Below, in pieces: positions 25,477-36,440 of a DNA stretch of 64,000 bases. The notes below the pieces were generated by a model. That model was not told where the DNA came from. It saw only the letters and a program-made list of their open reading frames with translations, and did no database searches. Both the position numbers and the translations under genes were made by a program. The DNA lies in NCBI GenBank assembly GCA_019828565.1, contig JAHDYR010000005.1, forward strand, positions 1,377,937 to 1,441,936, written 5' to 3'. Source of the stretch: Carpediemonas membranifera BICM (lineage: Eukaryota > Protista > Fornicata). The stretch's first letter is position 1, and every line of letters starts with the position of its first letter.

Positions 25477-27418
25477 CAGCAGAGTGCTGACCCCCCTGAA
25501 TCGCCTGAGGAAGGACTCGCAGCCTGGACAACCGGTCAGTTGGACGAGTGAGCACCAGCAGGCGTTCGACAATTTCAAGCTGAAGGTGAAAGAGGCTGTG
25601 TCGCTAGCGTTCCCTGACCCTTCCAAGAAGTGGGAGTTGCACACAGACGCCAGCGCTACCGGGTTTGGAGGTGTACTTTACCAACAGCAGAGCGAGGAGA
25701 AGTGGGAGATTGTCTCCTTCTTCGCCGGGAGCTTCAGTGAAACACAACAGCGGTGGAGTACGTACGAACATGAGTTGTACGCCATCCTGGCGTGCCTTAC
25801 CAGCAGTCACCTGTCGCCCCTGTTTAAGCTGCACCACAACCTCACAATCAGATCTGATCACAGAAATCTGATGTACCTTATGGGAAAGCGGGACCTGAAC
25901 AACAAGCTGATGAGGTGGTCTCTGATACTGAGTGACTACAAATTCAGTATCCTCCACATCGCGGGTCGAGACAATCAAGTCGCAGACCAGCTGTCCAGGG
26001 TAGAAGCCCAAGCGGGGGAGACGCTAAGCTGGAGCGAGAGAATCATGAAGGCGCAAGCAGCGCACGAGAGAGAGAGAGATACCTGGGTCAGGGCTGGCTA
26101 CTCGAGAGACCGTGATGGAATCTGGAAGTTCGAAGGCATTCCCATCGTACCTGAAGGCGCGACGGAACTGAAGGACGAGCTCCTCCAGTACGCCCACCGC
26201 CGTCACAGTGGACGATCAGGAACTATGAGCTCCCTCAAGGATGTGGCATTCTGGCGAGGACGCGCTACCGCCGTTGCCAACCATGTCAAGGACTGCATTG
26301 TCTGTAGAAAGACCAGGCTGCGGGACTTCATCCAGACTACGAACAGCTCTACCACGGACGGCCTGACAGCGCCGTGGGAGTGCGTCTCCATTGACACGAT
26401 CGGACCAATCCACGGTGAGTCGCGCTTCCACTACATCTTCGTGGCGACCGACATGTTCAGTCGTTACACTGAGCTGATGCCTGCCGAGGTCAATACGGGC
26501 CAGCAGGCTGCAAGGGCCCTCTGGCTGCTAGCCTGCCGACACGGCGTGCCGACAGTAATTCAGTCAGACAACGGTCCAGAGTACGTGAACAGCGTCATCT
26601 CGGAGCTCGTGACACTCATGCACACGTTCCACCGTAGGACACTGCCTTACCACCCTCAATCGAATGGTGTGGTAGAGCGACGCAACGCCGAAGTCATGAG
26701 ACACGTCAGATGGCTAACACTGGCATTGAACGACTTCAGCAGGTGGGAAGAGACCCTGCCATATGTTCAACACATCCTCAATAGTGCTGTCCACACAGCA
26801 ACAGGATTCTCGCCGAACGAGGTCCTGTATGGGCGCTACGTGGAGATCGGCCAGCTGCGGAGGACACCGCCGGCGGCACCCTCTAAGATTGATGTGGTTA
26901 GGGACGTCAAGACGGCCCTAGACAACCTCCGATGCCTTCAGGAAGACGTGGTGAAGGTCATTCGAGATGAGCACCTCGCCGTCGAGCACTTTAGGGATGA
27001 CACTGAAGCGACTCAACTCAGCGCAGGGGACTTCGTCCTGGAGAGGCCAGTGAACAAATCGAAGCTACATGGCCTCAAGGGACCCTATAAGGTACTAAGA
27101 GTCCTCGAGCATAAGGCTGTCGAGATAGGCTCACTAGTCGACGACAGTGTGCGGGTTGTGCATGTGTCACGACTCAGCAGAGTCACCGTCCCTGACCTTG
27201 ATGAGGGCAGGAGATTGGCCGCGACAGACTCAGAAGAGTTCCAAGTCCAAGCCGTCCGGAAACACCGGATCAAGCGTGGCGTTCGGGAGATCTTAGTAGA
27301 ATGGGTGGGCTATTCCAATCCCACCTGGGAGAGATACGGGCCCGACAACTGGGACAATGTATTTGTTATCAGCTACATCCATGACAACTCCCTCGCTTGG
27401 AAGAAGACGAGGGGGTAG
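25477..27418 (+). CDS. Element A RNase H, integrase and chromodomain segment
   Basis: TDAS, DHRNL, ADQLSR; HHCC; SIDTIG, SDNG, VERRN; GPY; FQV...ILVEWVGY..PTW. Confidence 0.95.
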
Positions 27419-30030
27419 AGTGTTGTGGTAACACACGACGGCGCTCGAGTCAGTGCAGTTTATGTAAAGAGAATTCCGTTTGCCGCCGCACCCTTGATCA
27501 ATTCGGCGAGCAAACGGCCAACACCTTCAGGGTTCAGGCTGAGGGCGTCACGGGCAAGCAGGCTCTTCTTAAGGTCGCCCTTTAGGCGGCCAAGCTGGTC
27601 GGCCACGAGAGAAAGCCCGTCTTCCCCAAGAGGTTCAACGACCTGAGGCGTGGCCGCGAGAGACCTAGATGCCCCTTCTGCAACAAGCTGGGCCATGGCG
27701 AGGCCAACTGTTGGCTGAAGAACCCCGCTTTAAAGAAGTAAGTCCTCCTTTTCGTTTAGACTAGCACGAGCAGGATAAGAACGCGAAATGAACTGGGAGT
27801 CCCAGCTTAATGAGGCGCTATGCAGGAATAATCAACCTGTTGTAGGCTCAATAACGCGTGCAGCCGCTGTATGGGCACGGACATCCCCGCCGGCTGAAGT
27901 CATGGCAGCTGTTAGTAGCGTGCGCATCGCATCTGCTGCCGACATGACACCTCCTGACTCGTATCATCCACGTCCGGAGCTAGAATCCATCCTTATGGAG
28001 GAAGTAGAGAAGCCCATCGCGATAGGTGCTGTGGAGGAGCTTCCTCAAGCGCCAAGATTGGTCTCACCGATCTTTGTTCTGCTCAAGTCCGATGGCGAGA
28101 CATGGAGGCTAATCCATGATCTAAGAACGCTCAATGGGACGATAGAAGCTGCTAAGTTCTCGATGAAAGGACTGCAGGAAGCAGCGGAGACGATTCTCCC
28201 CGGTGACAGCATGATCACCATCGATTTCGCCAAGGGATATTACCAACTACTCCTGGCAGAAGAGGATACTGAACTTGCCGGGTTCTCTGTAGCTGGCAGG
28301 TACTTCAAGTTCCTCGTTTTGCCCTTCGGTTTGTCGACGGCCCCAAGGGCGTTTCAGATGATGTCAAAGCATGCAGCTCGGTTCATTGCAGCCCGCCTTG
28401 GTGTACATACTGTCAATTCCTTGACTTCAAGTCAAGTTTTTGTGACTTAAAGTCAAGGACAAAACTTGACTTTAAGTCATTTTGCAAGAAAAAATGAACT
28501 CGACGATGAGCCGGAGCTGGATCTTCAAAGTGGTATGGTAGTACTTGGCTATACCTAAGCAATACGCATGCGCAGTATCAAACTTTAAATCCTGCTAGAA
28601 AAAAGTAACATAGGGACAAATTGGAATTGAGAGTTGAGACTCAAAAAACGGGCAGGTGGGAGGAAATGGTCCATAAGTACGCCGTATGGGTCGCTTCCTC
28701 CCTTCTGCCCCTTTTTTTATCGCAAAATCGATTTGCCGGATTTGACACACGTTTGATGTGATCAAAATGGATTTGATAGACATGGGTCCAGATCATGCAG
28801 TTGGCCATCCTGAAGCGCTAGGGCAGCCTGCAGACCGCAGCAATGCCTCTGCTGAATGCCCTTCATGCCTGACGGACAGGACGCGCGTTGACTCTAAAGG
28901 ACTGCATGTTTCGGCATCAGAAGAAGGTGTGGAATACAACGGAGTCATCGCCGAACCGCTCCGACCATGTCGGTTATTAGGACATCGCGTTCAGACGCCC
29001 TCTGCAATTACCAAGTCAATAGATGGGAGTCGACCTGATGAGCACGTCATTTTGGGCCCCATGTGACCCTATAGCTGAGCTTGGCTGGGCGCTGCTGCGG
29101 CCATGGGCCGCTAGTGCCCTTACTGGCTCGTTTCTCCTCGTATAGCGGCCGTAGAGGTCTGGTCTGAGCCTCGTTATAATAGTCTGCCCGAGTAGAGTCC
29201 AGCCATACCATAAATGCCCCCCATTCCCCCCCTCCCGGTCGCTCATACCTCCAAAATGGCCTATATTCCCTGTAGGAAGCCTAATAAGGGCGGATTTCCC
29301 ATAAGTCGTGGCATAGAGGGAAGAGGCTTTGTACACAGCCCCCTGATCGTGGGTTCAATTTTCACCGGGAGCAAATAGGTATTTTTGGCAGACAACGCCG
29401 CTCCGAGCTCTATCGCGCCCAGCGGTGCCTGCAGCGGCCACAGAACAGAGCTAGAATTCGGGTGATTTTTAATCTCGATCGAAATGCTGCTGAAGCACGC
29501 TCTAGAGGGACTGAAGCGCTCCTCGAGGCGCCAATGAATGGAGATAGATCGTGTTGTTCGCGTTTACTTTGAATACTGCAGCAATAATGGAGATAATGAG
29601 ATTTGCCGGGAACTGCAGACGAATTCCCTCACTAACTAGCCTGGAATCGTGATAAAGCTCCTACATGATCACTCTGCATGCCCCAGAAGCATTGTACGCA
29701 TGCTCAGAACCGCTTGAGCTGATGTTGGGCTGCTCCGCAGGATAAGGGATGATCGCTCATGGACGTCTGAAAGCAGATCCTGGACGATAGAAGAGACGAA
29801 GAGAACACGTAAACATTTACATTCATTGCGACGCGTATGCCAGCTGGGTTGGCACTGGCGACATCAACGCAGACTTCGCCATCGCTGTCGGTGGTAGGCG
29901 AGTCGTTGATGTTGTTAGGGAGTGATGTGGATGATGGAACTTGCTGTTGAGGGCGCCGGTGATGCGGGGCTGGCGTGGCGCTGAGGGTGGCGTCGTGGCG
30001 CTGAGGGCGCTGGCGTAGGGGTGCTGTGTG

Positions 30031-30674
30031 GGCGCCAGGATGAGGGCGCCAGGATGAGGGCGCCAGAGATGAGGGCGCCAGAGATGAGGCGCCAGGGATG
30101 AGGCGCCAGAGATGAGGCGCCAGAGATGAGACGCCAGGATGAGGGCGCCAGGATGAGGGCGCCAGAGATGAGGCGCCAGGGATGAGGCGCCAGAGATGAG
30201 GCGCCAGAGATGAGGCGCCAGGATGAGGGCGCCAGAGATGAGGCGCCAGGGATGAGGCGCCAGAGATGAGGCGCCAGGATGAGGCGCCAGGATGAGGCGC
30301 CAGGATGAGGCGCCAGAGATGAGGCGCCAGGGATGAGGCGCCAGGATGAGGGCGCCAGAGATGAGGCGCCAGGATGAGGGCGCCAGAGATGAGGCGCCAG
30401 GGATGAGGCGCCAGAGATGAGGCGCCAGAGATGAGACGCCAGGATGAGGGCGCCAGGATGAGGGCGCCAGAGATGAGGCGCCAGGATGAGGGCGCCAGAG
30501 ATGAGGCGCCAGGATGAGGGCGCCAGAGATGAGGCGCCAGGGATGAGGCGCCAGGATGAGGCGCCAGGGATGAGGGCGCCAGGGATGAGGCGCCAGGATG
30601 AGGGCGCCAGGGATGAGGCGCCAGGATGAGGGCGCCAGGGATGAGGCGCCAGGATGAGGGCGCCAGGGATGAGG
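30031..30674. repeat. Minisatellite of 13-15-bp units GGCGCCAG(A/G)GATGA(G)
   Basis: Directly visible; source of spurious repetitive ORFs. Confidence 0.97.
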
Positions 30675-30686
30675 AGTACAGTATTT

Positions 30687-30775
30687 GAACCCCGAAAACG
30701 CCATATTACCAGCACCAATGAGCTTCATCAACGAAGATGCGCTCACTGGTGCCGGTTATGGCGTTTTCGGGGTTC
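30687..30775. repeat. Long stem-loop between the two minisatellites
   Basis: GAACCCCGAAAACGCCATA...TATGGCGTTTTCGGGGTTC plus inner pairing; arm repeated near 31014-31028. Confidence 0.85.
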
Positions 30776-31038
30776 GTCGATCATTCTGCTCCCAAATCTG
30801 CACCTGTATTTTCGTGAGCATGCCCGGGAGCTGGGCCAGACGAGTGGTGCCACAGGGACTAAGCTCAGATGCTCAGCCTCTGCCAGGCGGCACTCGTTTG
30901 AATTCTGCACGAAAAAAAATCAGACGACGAATGATGGGCAAAGGGCCGCGAAAACGCTGAAGTACCAGCGCAAGTAGAGTATTTTGCAATAAAATAGCTT
31001 ACTTGCGGTGGTGCTGGCGTTTTCGGGGCCCCAATATC

Positions 31039-31423
31039 CTCTCTCCCCCGTGCTCTCTCCCGGACGTTCCCCCGGGCTCTCTTCTCCCGGGGCTCTCTCC
31101 CCCGTGCTCTCTCTTGGACGTTCCCCCGGGCTCTCTTCTCCCGGGCTCTCCCCGTGCTCTCTCCGGACGTTCCCCCGGGCTCTCTTCTCCCGGGCTCTCT
31201 CCCCCGTGCTCTCTCCCGGACGTTCCCCCGGGCTCTCTTCTCCCGGGCTCTCTCCCCCGTGCTCTCTTGGACGTTCCCCCGGGCTCTCTCCCCCGTGCTC
31301 TCTCCCGGACGTTCCCCCGGGCTCTCTTCTCCTGGGGCTCTCTCCCCTGTGCTCTCTCCCGGACGTTCCCCCGGGCTCTCTTCTCCTGGGGCTCTCTCCC
31401 CTGTGCTCTCTCCCGGACGTTCC
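31039..31423. repeat. Pyrimidine-rich ~35-54-bp tandem repeat
   Basis: CCGTGCTCTCTCCCGGACGTTCCCCCGGGCTCTCTTCTCCCGGG units. Confidence 0.95.
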
Positions 31424-31454
31424 AGAAGAGACAATGGCTATTTCTGGAATCCAA

Positions 31455-31710
31455 TGGACAGTTGGTGGCAGTATTGATGTTGTTTATGCAATTAAAGTTC
31501 CTATCGTTTCTTCTAGCTCGTTCCTTGTGTGGTTTCGTGGTTCCTTTGACTCGTTTGATGTTGTTAATGAGTATCATGGGCCATAGCGGCCGTCAGACGC
31601 TATTGATGTGTTATTATGCAAGCTTATATCCTCAATAAAGCTCTATAGCTCATTGGCACTGAGAAAATAGTGGGAAGTCGGTTCCCACTATTGGTGCACT
31701 TTATGGCTCG
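31455..31710 (+). repeat. 256-bp direct repeat, copy 1, ending in a hairpin
   Basis: Matches 36185-36440; TAGTGGGAA-GTCGG-TTCCCACTA stem-loop near the end. Confidence 0.95.
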
Positions 31711-31850
31711 ATCTCAATCCGCTGGTCTCCGACAGGCAAGAGAGCGAGACAGGAATAAATGAATGTATATCTGACTGTCTGGTCAGCTGCGCCAAGTCGA
31801 TGGCTTAGTCAGTGTTTGAGTCATTCCCACGACATATTTACTTCGTTCAT

Positions 31851-33238
31851 TTACTTCTGATGCTTTTCCTGCTCTCTCTTCTCCATCAGGTCGTCATACT
31901 CGGCCCTCGTCAGCCTCACAGTTGTCATCCCGGCATCACGGATGTGCTCAAAGGCCTCAACGGGCAGCTTCGGCATCCCGTCCTCGCTGTCGCTGCTGCT
32001 GCCCAAGTCTGACTCGCTCTCGTGATAGCGGCGAAGGCGAATGCGTCTGCTGGGCTCCCTGGTCTTCATAGAGTCATAGAGCGGAGCGAGCCCACTTCCA
32101 TTGGCCCCGCTACGGACACCCTCATCGGTATCTCTCTCAGACATATCACACTCAACCTGTTGTGACTGAACAAATGACAGGTTGTCGACGAGGCTATCCT
32201 CGGCATCGCTGTCTGAACTCTCCTCATCCTCCCACTCTCCTTCCAGCATCTCCAACCCGGCTGTCTCGTCAAACTCGCCCTCCACTGCGGTCTCCGGCAT
32301 CTCTGCCTCGCCAGCTGTCTCGTCAAACAGCGCCTCATCGTCAGACTCACCCTCCCCCGTGTCGCCCCCCTCGGGCTTACGCTGGTCGTGGAGCTGGACC
32401 ATCCTAATCCTGAGCTTGTTGTAAAGCCAGTCATCGAGCGTCGGCGGCACCAGGTCAGCAGAGCTTCGGATCTCCGGGTTGAGATCGAGGATCGTTGGGC
32501 GCCGCGTGGTCGTTAAGTGACTGGACGCCAACTGATGCCTGAACTGCTCATCGGTCAGGCTGATGCGCTTGTCCTTAATGACCTTACGAACCTTGATCGG
32601 ATCCCTGGGCCTGCCAGTCCGTCTTTGTGTCTCAATCACCCGCTTCTTGAGCTGATTGAGATCGACATGCACAGTGGGCGCATAGCGAAGCTGGTTAACA
32701 CTCAGCCCGACCGACTTGAGAGCCTGCGAGAAGGTGCTAGGCATCACAGCGGACATCGCAGATGGTGCCCCGGTGAATAGCAACCAGTCAGAGAGTTCCG
32801 GGGAATCTGGAGCTCGCTCACATCAATATCGCGGGCTGATGTGGCAGTCATGCCCGTGTGGCTGATGATAAGAGCCAGCGCATTGTAGGGGAAGACTAGT
32901 CGGACAATAGCTTCCGATGCGACAGGCTCAAACTGCCCAAGCGGCTTGACATTGTCTCTGCCGGAGTTTCGGAATGAGTTGACGGCACTGAGAGTGACAG
33001 CAGCGGTTGCCTTGTTCAATGATGCAGCAAAACCGGGCACAAGCGATCTAACCTCCTCGGATCGGATCACGGAGAGCGCTTCATCCTCGGTACTCCCTCG
33101 CTCACGTTGTAAGAATTGAACGAACCGCGAAAGGTTGTTTGCAGCCGCTTTCCGGGAAGATTTCTTCTTAATCTTGTTCAACCAAGCTTCTTTCATAGCT
33201 TCCATGGTTGTTTCCATCTCCTGCGGGCTTCCTTCCAT
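31851..33238 (-). CDS. Second degenerate tyrosine-recombinase-fold protein (frameshift ~32790); C-half near-identical to 2133-2867
   Basis: ANNLSRFVQFL, TAAVTLSAVNSFRN, ALALIISHTGMTATSARDI, GLSVNQLRY; 31780-32585 is the reverse complement of 2133-2938. Confidence 0.55.
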
Positions 33239-33239
33239 C

Positions 33240-33569
33240 GATATACGGATTTCAGACTTTCGTCATGCACAAAAATTCGAATCTCTCCAAATGCCCAAAA
33301 CAGTGGTCAAACCGTGTTCAGGGGTACAATAGAGTGCCATAGGCACGTTCTTGCATTTCAAAATATTCTAGAGGTCGTTCATAAATTCTCAGATGGCCAA
33401 CAGTACGAAAGTCTGAAATCCATTTATCATGAGACCCGACAAATTTGAAATCCATTTATCGGGTGGATACATCACTGTAGAGGGTATTCATGGATATAGG
33501 TGCCTTTTCGGTGCCGAGGGGAGTCAACATTTGAGGTCGTGCAGGCAGAAAGTCTGAAATCCGTATATC
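33240..33569. promoter_or_regulatory. Three related sites upstream of the second recombinase-like gene
   Basis: GATATACGGATTTCAGACTTTC 33240-33261; exact reverse complement at 33548-33569; 17-bp match at 33405-33421. Confidence 0.7.
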
Positions 33570-34353
33570 TCATCACTGCTTATAGATCCTGGCAGACAAC
33601 GCCTTCTTGGCAACGCCTGAGGTGTAAGGATTCGCTTGCCTCTGTGTTGTCGCATCAGCTTCGCTGAAAACGGGGGAACTGACCCGCGCATTCGCGCACT
33701 TTATGCTCGCAACGAGATTGAAATGGCGAACTTAAGAATAGAAAGAATACTGGCGGCTTTAACGTAGTAGGCATGTGTACAACACTAAGAAACATCAGTA
33801 TGCGGGCGCAGAGCATCACTAAAGCAACAATAATCCCTAAACAACATCAATCATCATAAGTCCATCAGGACCATACGATATGAACAATAAATGAACCACA
33901 GAGCAGTATAGATGATTTGAGAGTACCAGGCATGGCCAGAATACCGCAATTATCGTCCGTTGATCCACGTGACCTCCATCTTGGTCGGTATCCAGAGAAC
34001 GCCCGTCAGACGCTTGCAACGGAACATTTAGGGGGAGCATCCTGAATGGGGCCAGATTTGAGGGACCCTTGGTCTGACATGCCATGACCGAGTACTCTAG
34101 GGGCCTCCACAGTGCGTCCCGAGGTACGTTATAGCACCACAGACTTGGTGTGTCTTAGCCTGCACCGCCCGAAAGCTCGCCGGATCACTCCCCATACGTT
34201 ATATCGCCATTCAGTCCACATAATGGGTGTTTTCGGAGCGATTATATCCCCCGTTTGTATGGTATAACGTTTCCGACACCCCGTTGCCTACGGTTACTGG
34301 CAATTTTCTCATCTCTGTTATATGTCCATTATTGGGATATAACGAAGAGAAGA

Positions 34354-36112
34354 ATGACGTTCGAATTCCTTCACGAGTGGATCGAGAGCACCTCAGATGA
34401 TGTGATTGAGGCCGTTATCACCGAATTCAAGGAGAAGAAGACAAACAAGGCGAAGAGTGCCGTTCTTCGGGACAAATTGCTCGACGAGAACGATATCTTC
34501 GATATAGTCGTCAAGAACGGTACGTAATTGGTGCAAATGTTTATATAGGGATCAACTTCAACCACCTGTGCTCATATTTCGAGATTCAGGGCGAGAAGAA
34601 GGCAGAACTCGAGGCATTGCTGTCTCAGCAGGTGCAGGATAAGACCTCGAACGAGAACATCGAGGCAACCTTCACGGAGAAGGAGATGAAGGCGTTTGAG
34701 TCGGCCGCTGTCACAGCCTTCAAGAACTCCAAGAGGGCTGAGTATGCCAAGGAGAATGAGGGCGCGCGTATCGAAAAAGAGGCGCTGAGTGTCAAGGTTC
34801 GGGCGTGGCGCAACGCGACATCCACCAACGCGCTTGTGCGCGACCATGTCACAGCAATGGTTGCCAGGGTGCGCAGCAAGGAGGCAGACCTTGCTTACAT
34901 GAAGCACTCCTGCCGCTCGTACTTCGAAGAGTACATCATCGCCCTGGAATGGTTGGAGACCCCCGCGGGAGAAGGTACGCCCCTGCTCCCCCCAGGTACT
35001 GGCGCTATCATCGATTACTATCACAAAATTGTTCGAGGATACAAGAAGAGAGTCAAGCAGTTGAGGAAGAGCTTGACGGCAAAGAGTGAGGAAGTCATCA
35101 CGCTGCATCGACGCCTTCTGCAGCAGCAGGCTGAGCGAGAGGCAGCCTATGACGCTGACAAGTCCATGGATGCATCACTCCCATGCAGCCCCATCCCGCC
35201 ACAGTCTGGCACAGTCTCCAGGACTTCCTGTCCCCGACGCGATACGGACGAGCCCGAGGCCTCCATGTCTGTGAAGCGCAAGGCCCTCATCATCACGCCC
35301 GAGAAGGCCAGGCCAGAGGACTCGGAGGAGGAGTCAGAGGAGGAGGAGATAGAGGAGGAGGTGACTGTTGAGAAGAAGGGTGAGTCAGATGAGGAGGACG
35401 TGACCAAATTCGACGCCTGTATCCAGACTGAGCCCGAGAAGGCCAGACCTGTGACCTGCGAGACTGGAACTGAGATGAACGAAGGTGACGACCGTACCCC
35501 GACAGATGACAAGGATGTCCAGACCGAGGAGAGAGAGGACTGCCTGGACGAGTTCACACGTCACCTCCGGTCGAAGTTCAAGCCGTACAACCCCCAGGCG
35601 ATGGTGACTGTGTTGGCCACTGCCTCAGGCATGTGTCTAACGAGCGTGACGTACCGACAACAGATTGGCGTAAGCAGCTTCAAGCTGCTGCAGGGATTAT
35701 GCAGAAGCGCGACCTACTTCCGGCAGACTATCAGCTCTTTTACAGCCATGCCAGTTCAACAGGCAAGGGTGGCAAGAACGACAGTCTTCCATACTGCCGG
35801 GACACCGCAATTCAGGTCTGGTCACAGATTCACAACATGCCCATTGCATCCATCCAGGACGGCACAATCGTCTTCTTCCAGGGTAGAGACAAGGGTTACA
35901 TCACCCTGACAAACACTAATGCGAGCATGTCCGTCATCCGTGTCATTGCAAACGTGATTGGCGTCAATGACTACATTTATATCTCCGGCACGCCAACTGA
36001 CGTCACAGCACACGCGGAAGTGTACCATGCAACACCTGTTGAGCTGAGGAAGGCAGAATCGCACCTGTCTGCCCAACAGAACACAGAGGATGACTGTTAT
36101 TTTGTGGAATGA
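34354..36112 (+). CDS. Unknown charged/coiled-coil protein (possible intron after 34519, frameshift ~35635)
   Basis: Collinear ORFs 34354-34527, 34617-35909 and 35633-36112; no recognisable domain. Confidence 0.5.
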
Positions 36113-36184
36113 GTCAGTAGTAAATGAATGAATTGCGGTGGCGTCGTGGTGCTGCCGTGGTGCTGTTGGCTTTGGGGCGCTGAC

Positions 36185-36440
36185 TGGACAGCTGGTGGCA
36201 GTATTGATGTTGTTTATGCAATTAAAGTTCCTATCGTTTCTTCTAGCTCGTTCCTTGTGTGGTTTCGTGGTTCCTTTGACTCGTTTGATGTTGTTAATGA
36301 GTATCATGGGCCATAGCGGCCGTCAGACGCTATTGATGTGTTATTATGCAAGCTTATATCCTCAATAAAGCTCTATAGCTCATTGGCACTGAGAAAATAG
36401 TGGGAAGTCGGTTCCCACTATTGGTGCACTTTATGGCTCG
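36185..36440 (+). repeat. 256-bp direct repeat, copy 2
   Basis: Matches 31455-31710. Confidence 0.95.

Larger units (their letters stand above)
12185..27490 (+). mobile_element. Ty3/Gypsy chromovirus-type LTR element A (4413 bp after removing B and C)
   Basis: Identical 70-bp LTRs 12185-12254 and 27421-27490; TSD CCCT; PPT GAGGGGGTAGAG; gag-PR-RT-RH-IN-chromodomain order. Confidence 0.95.
11901..27741 (+). pseudogene. YR2 gag (11901-12184 joined to 27495-27741), interrupted by element A
   Basis: Coiled-coil N-terminus MSVEERLEALE; C-terminal CPFCNKLGHGEANC knuckle; in-frame TAG at 27583-27585. Confidence 0.8.

Noticed and set aside
27583-27585. In-frame TAG in YR2 gag as a sign of stop-codon reassignment
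   Set aside because: Host genes end in TAA (TRM8) and TAG (coiled-coil gene); a simple nonsense mutation is more likely.
29295-29373. tRNA-like sequence with GTGGGTTCAATTTTCAC T-arm
   Set aside because: D and anticodon arms do not fold canonically; at most a tRNA-derived relic.
29823-31638. Long ORFs over the minisatellites; CRISPR-like array
   Set aside because: ORFs are repeat artefacts open in several frames; there are no unique spacers or cas genes.
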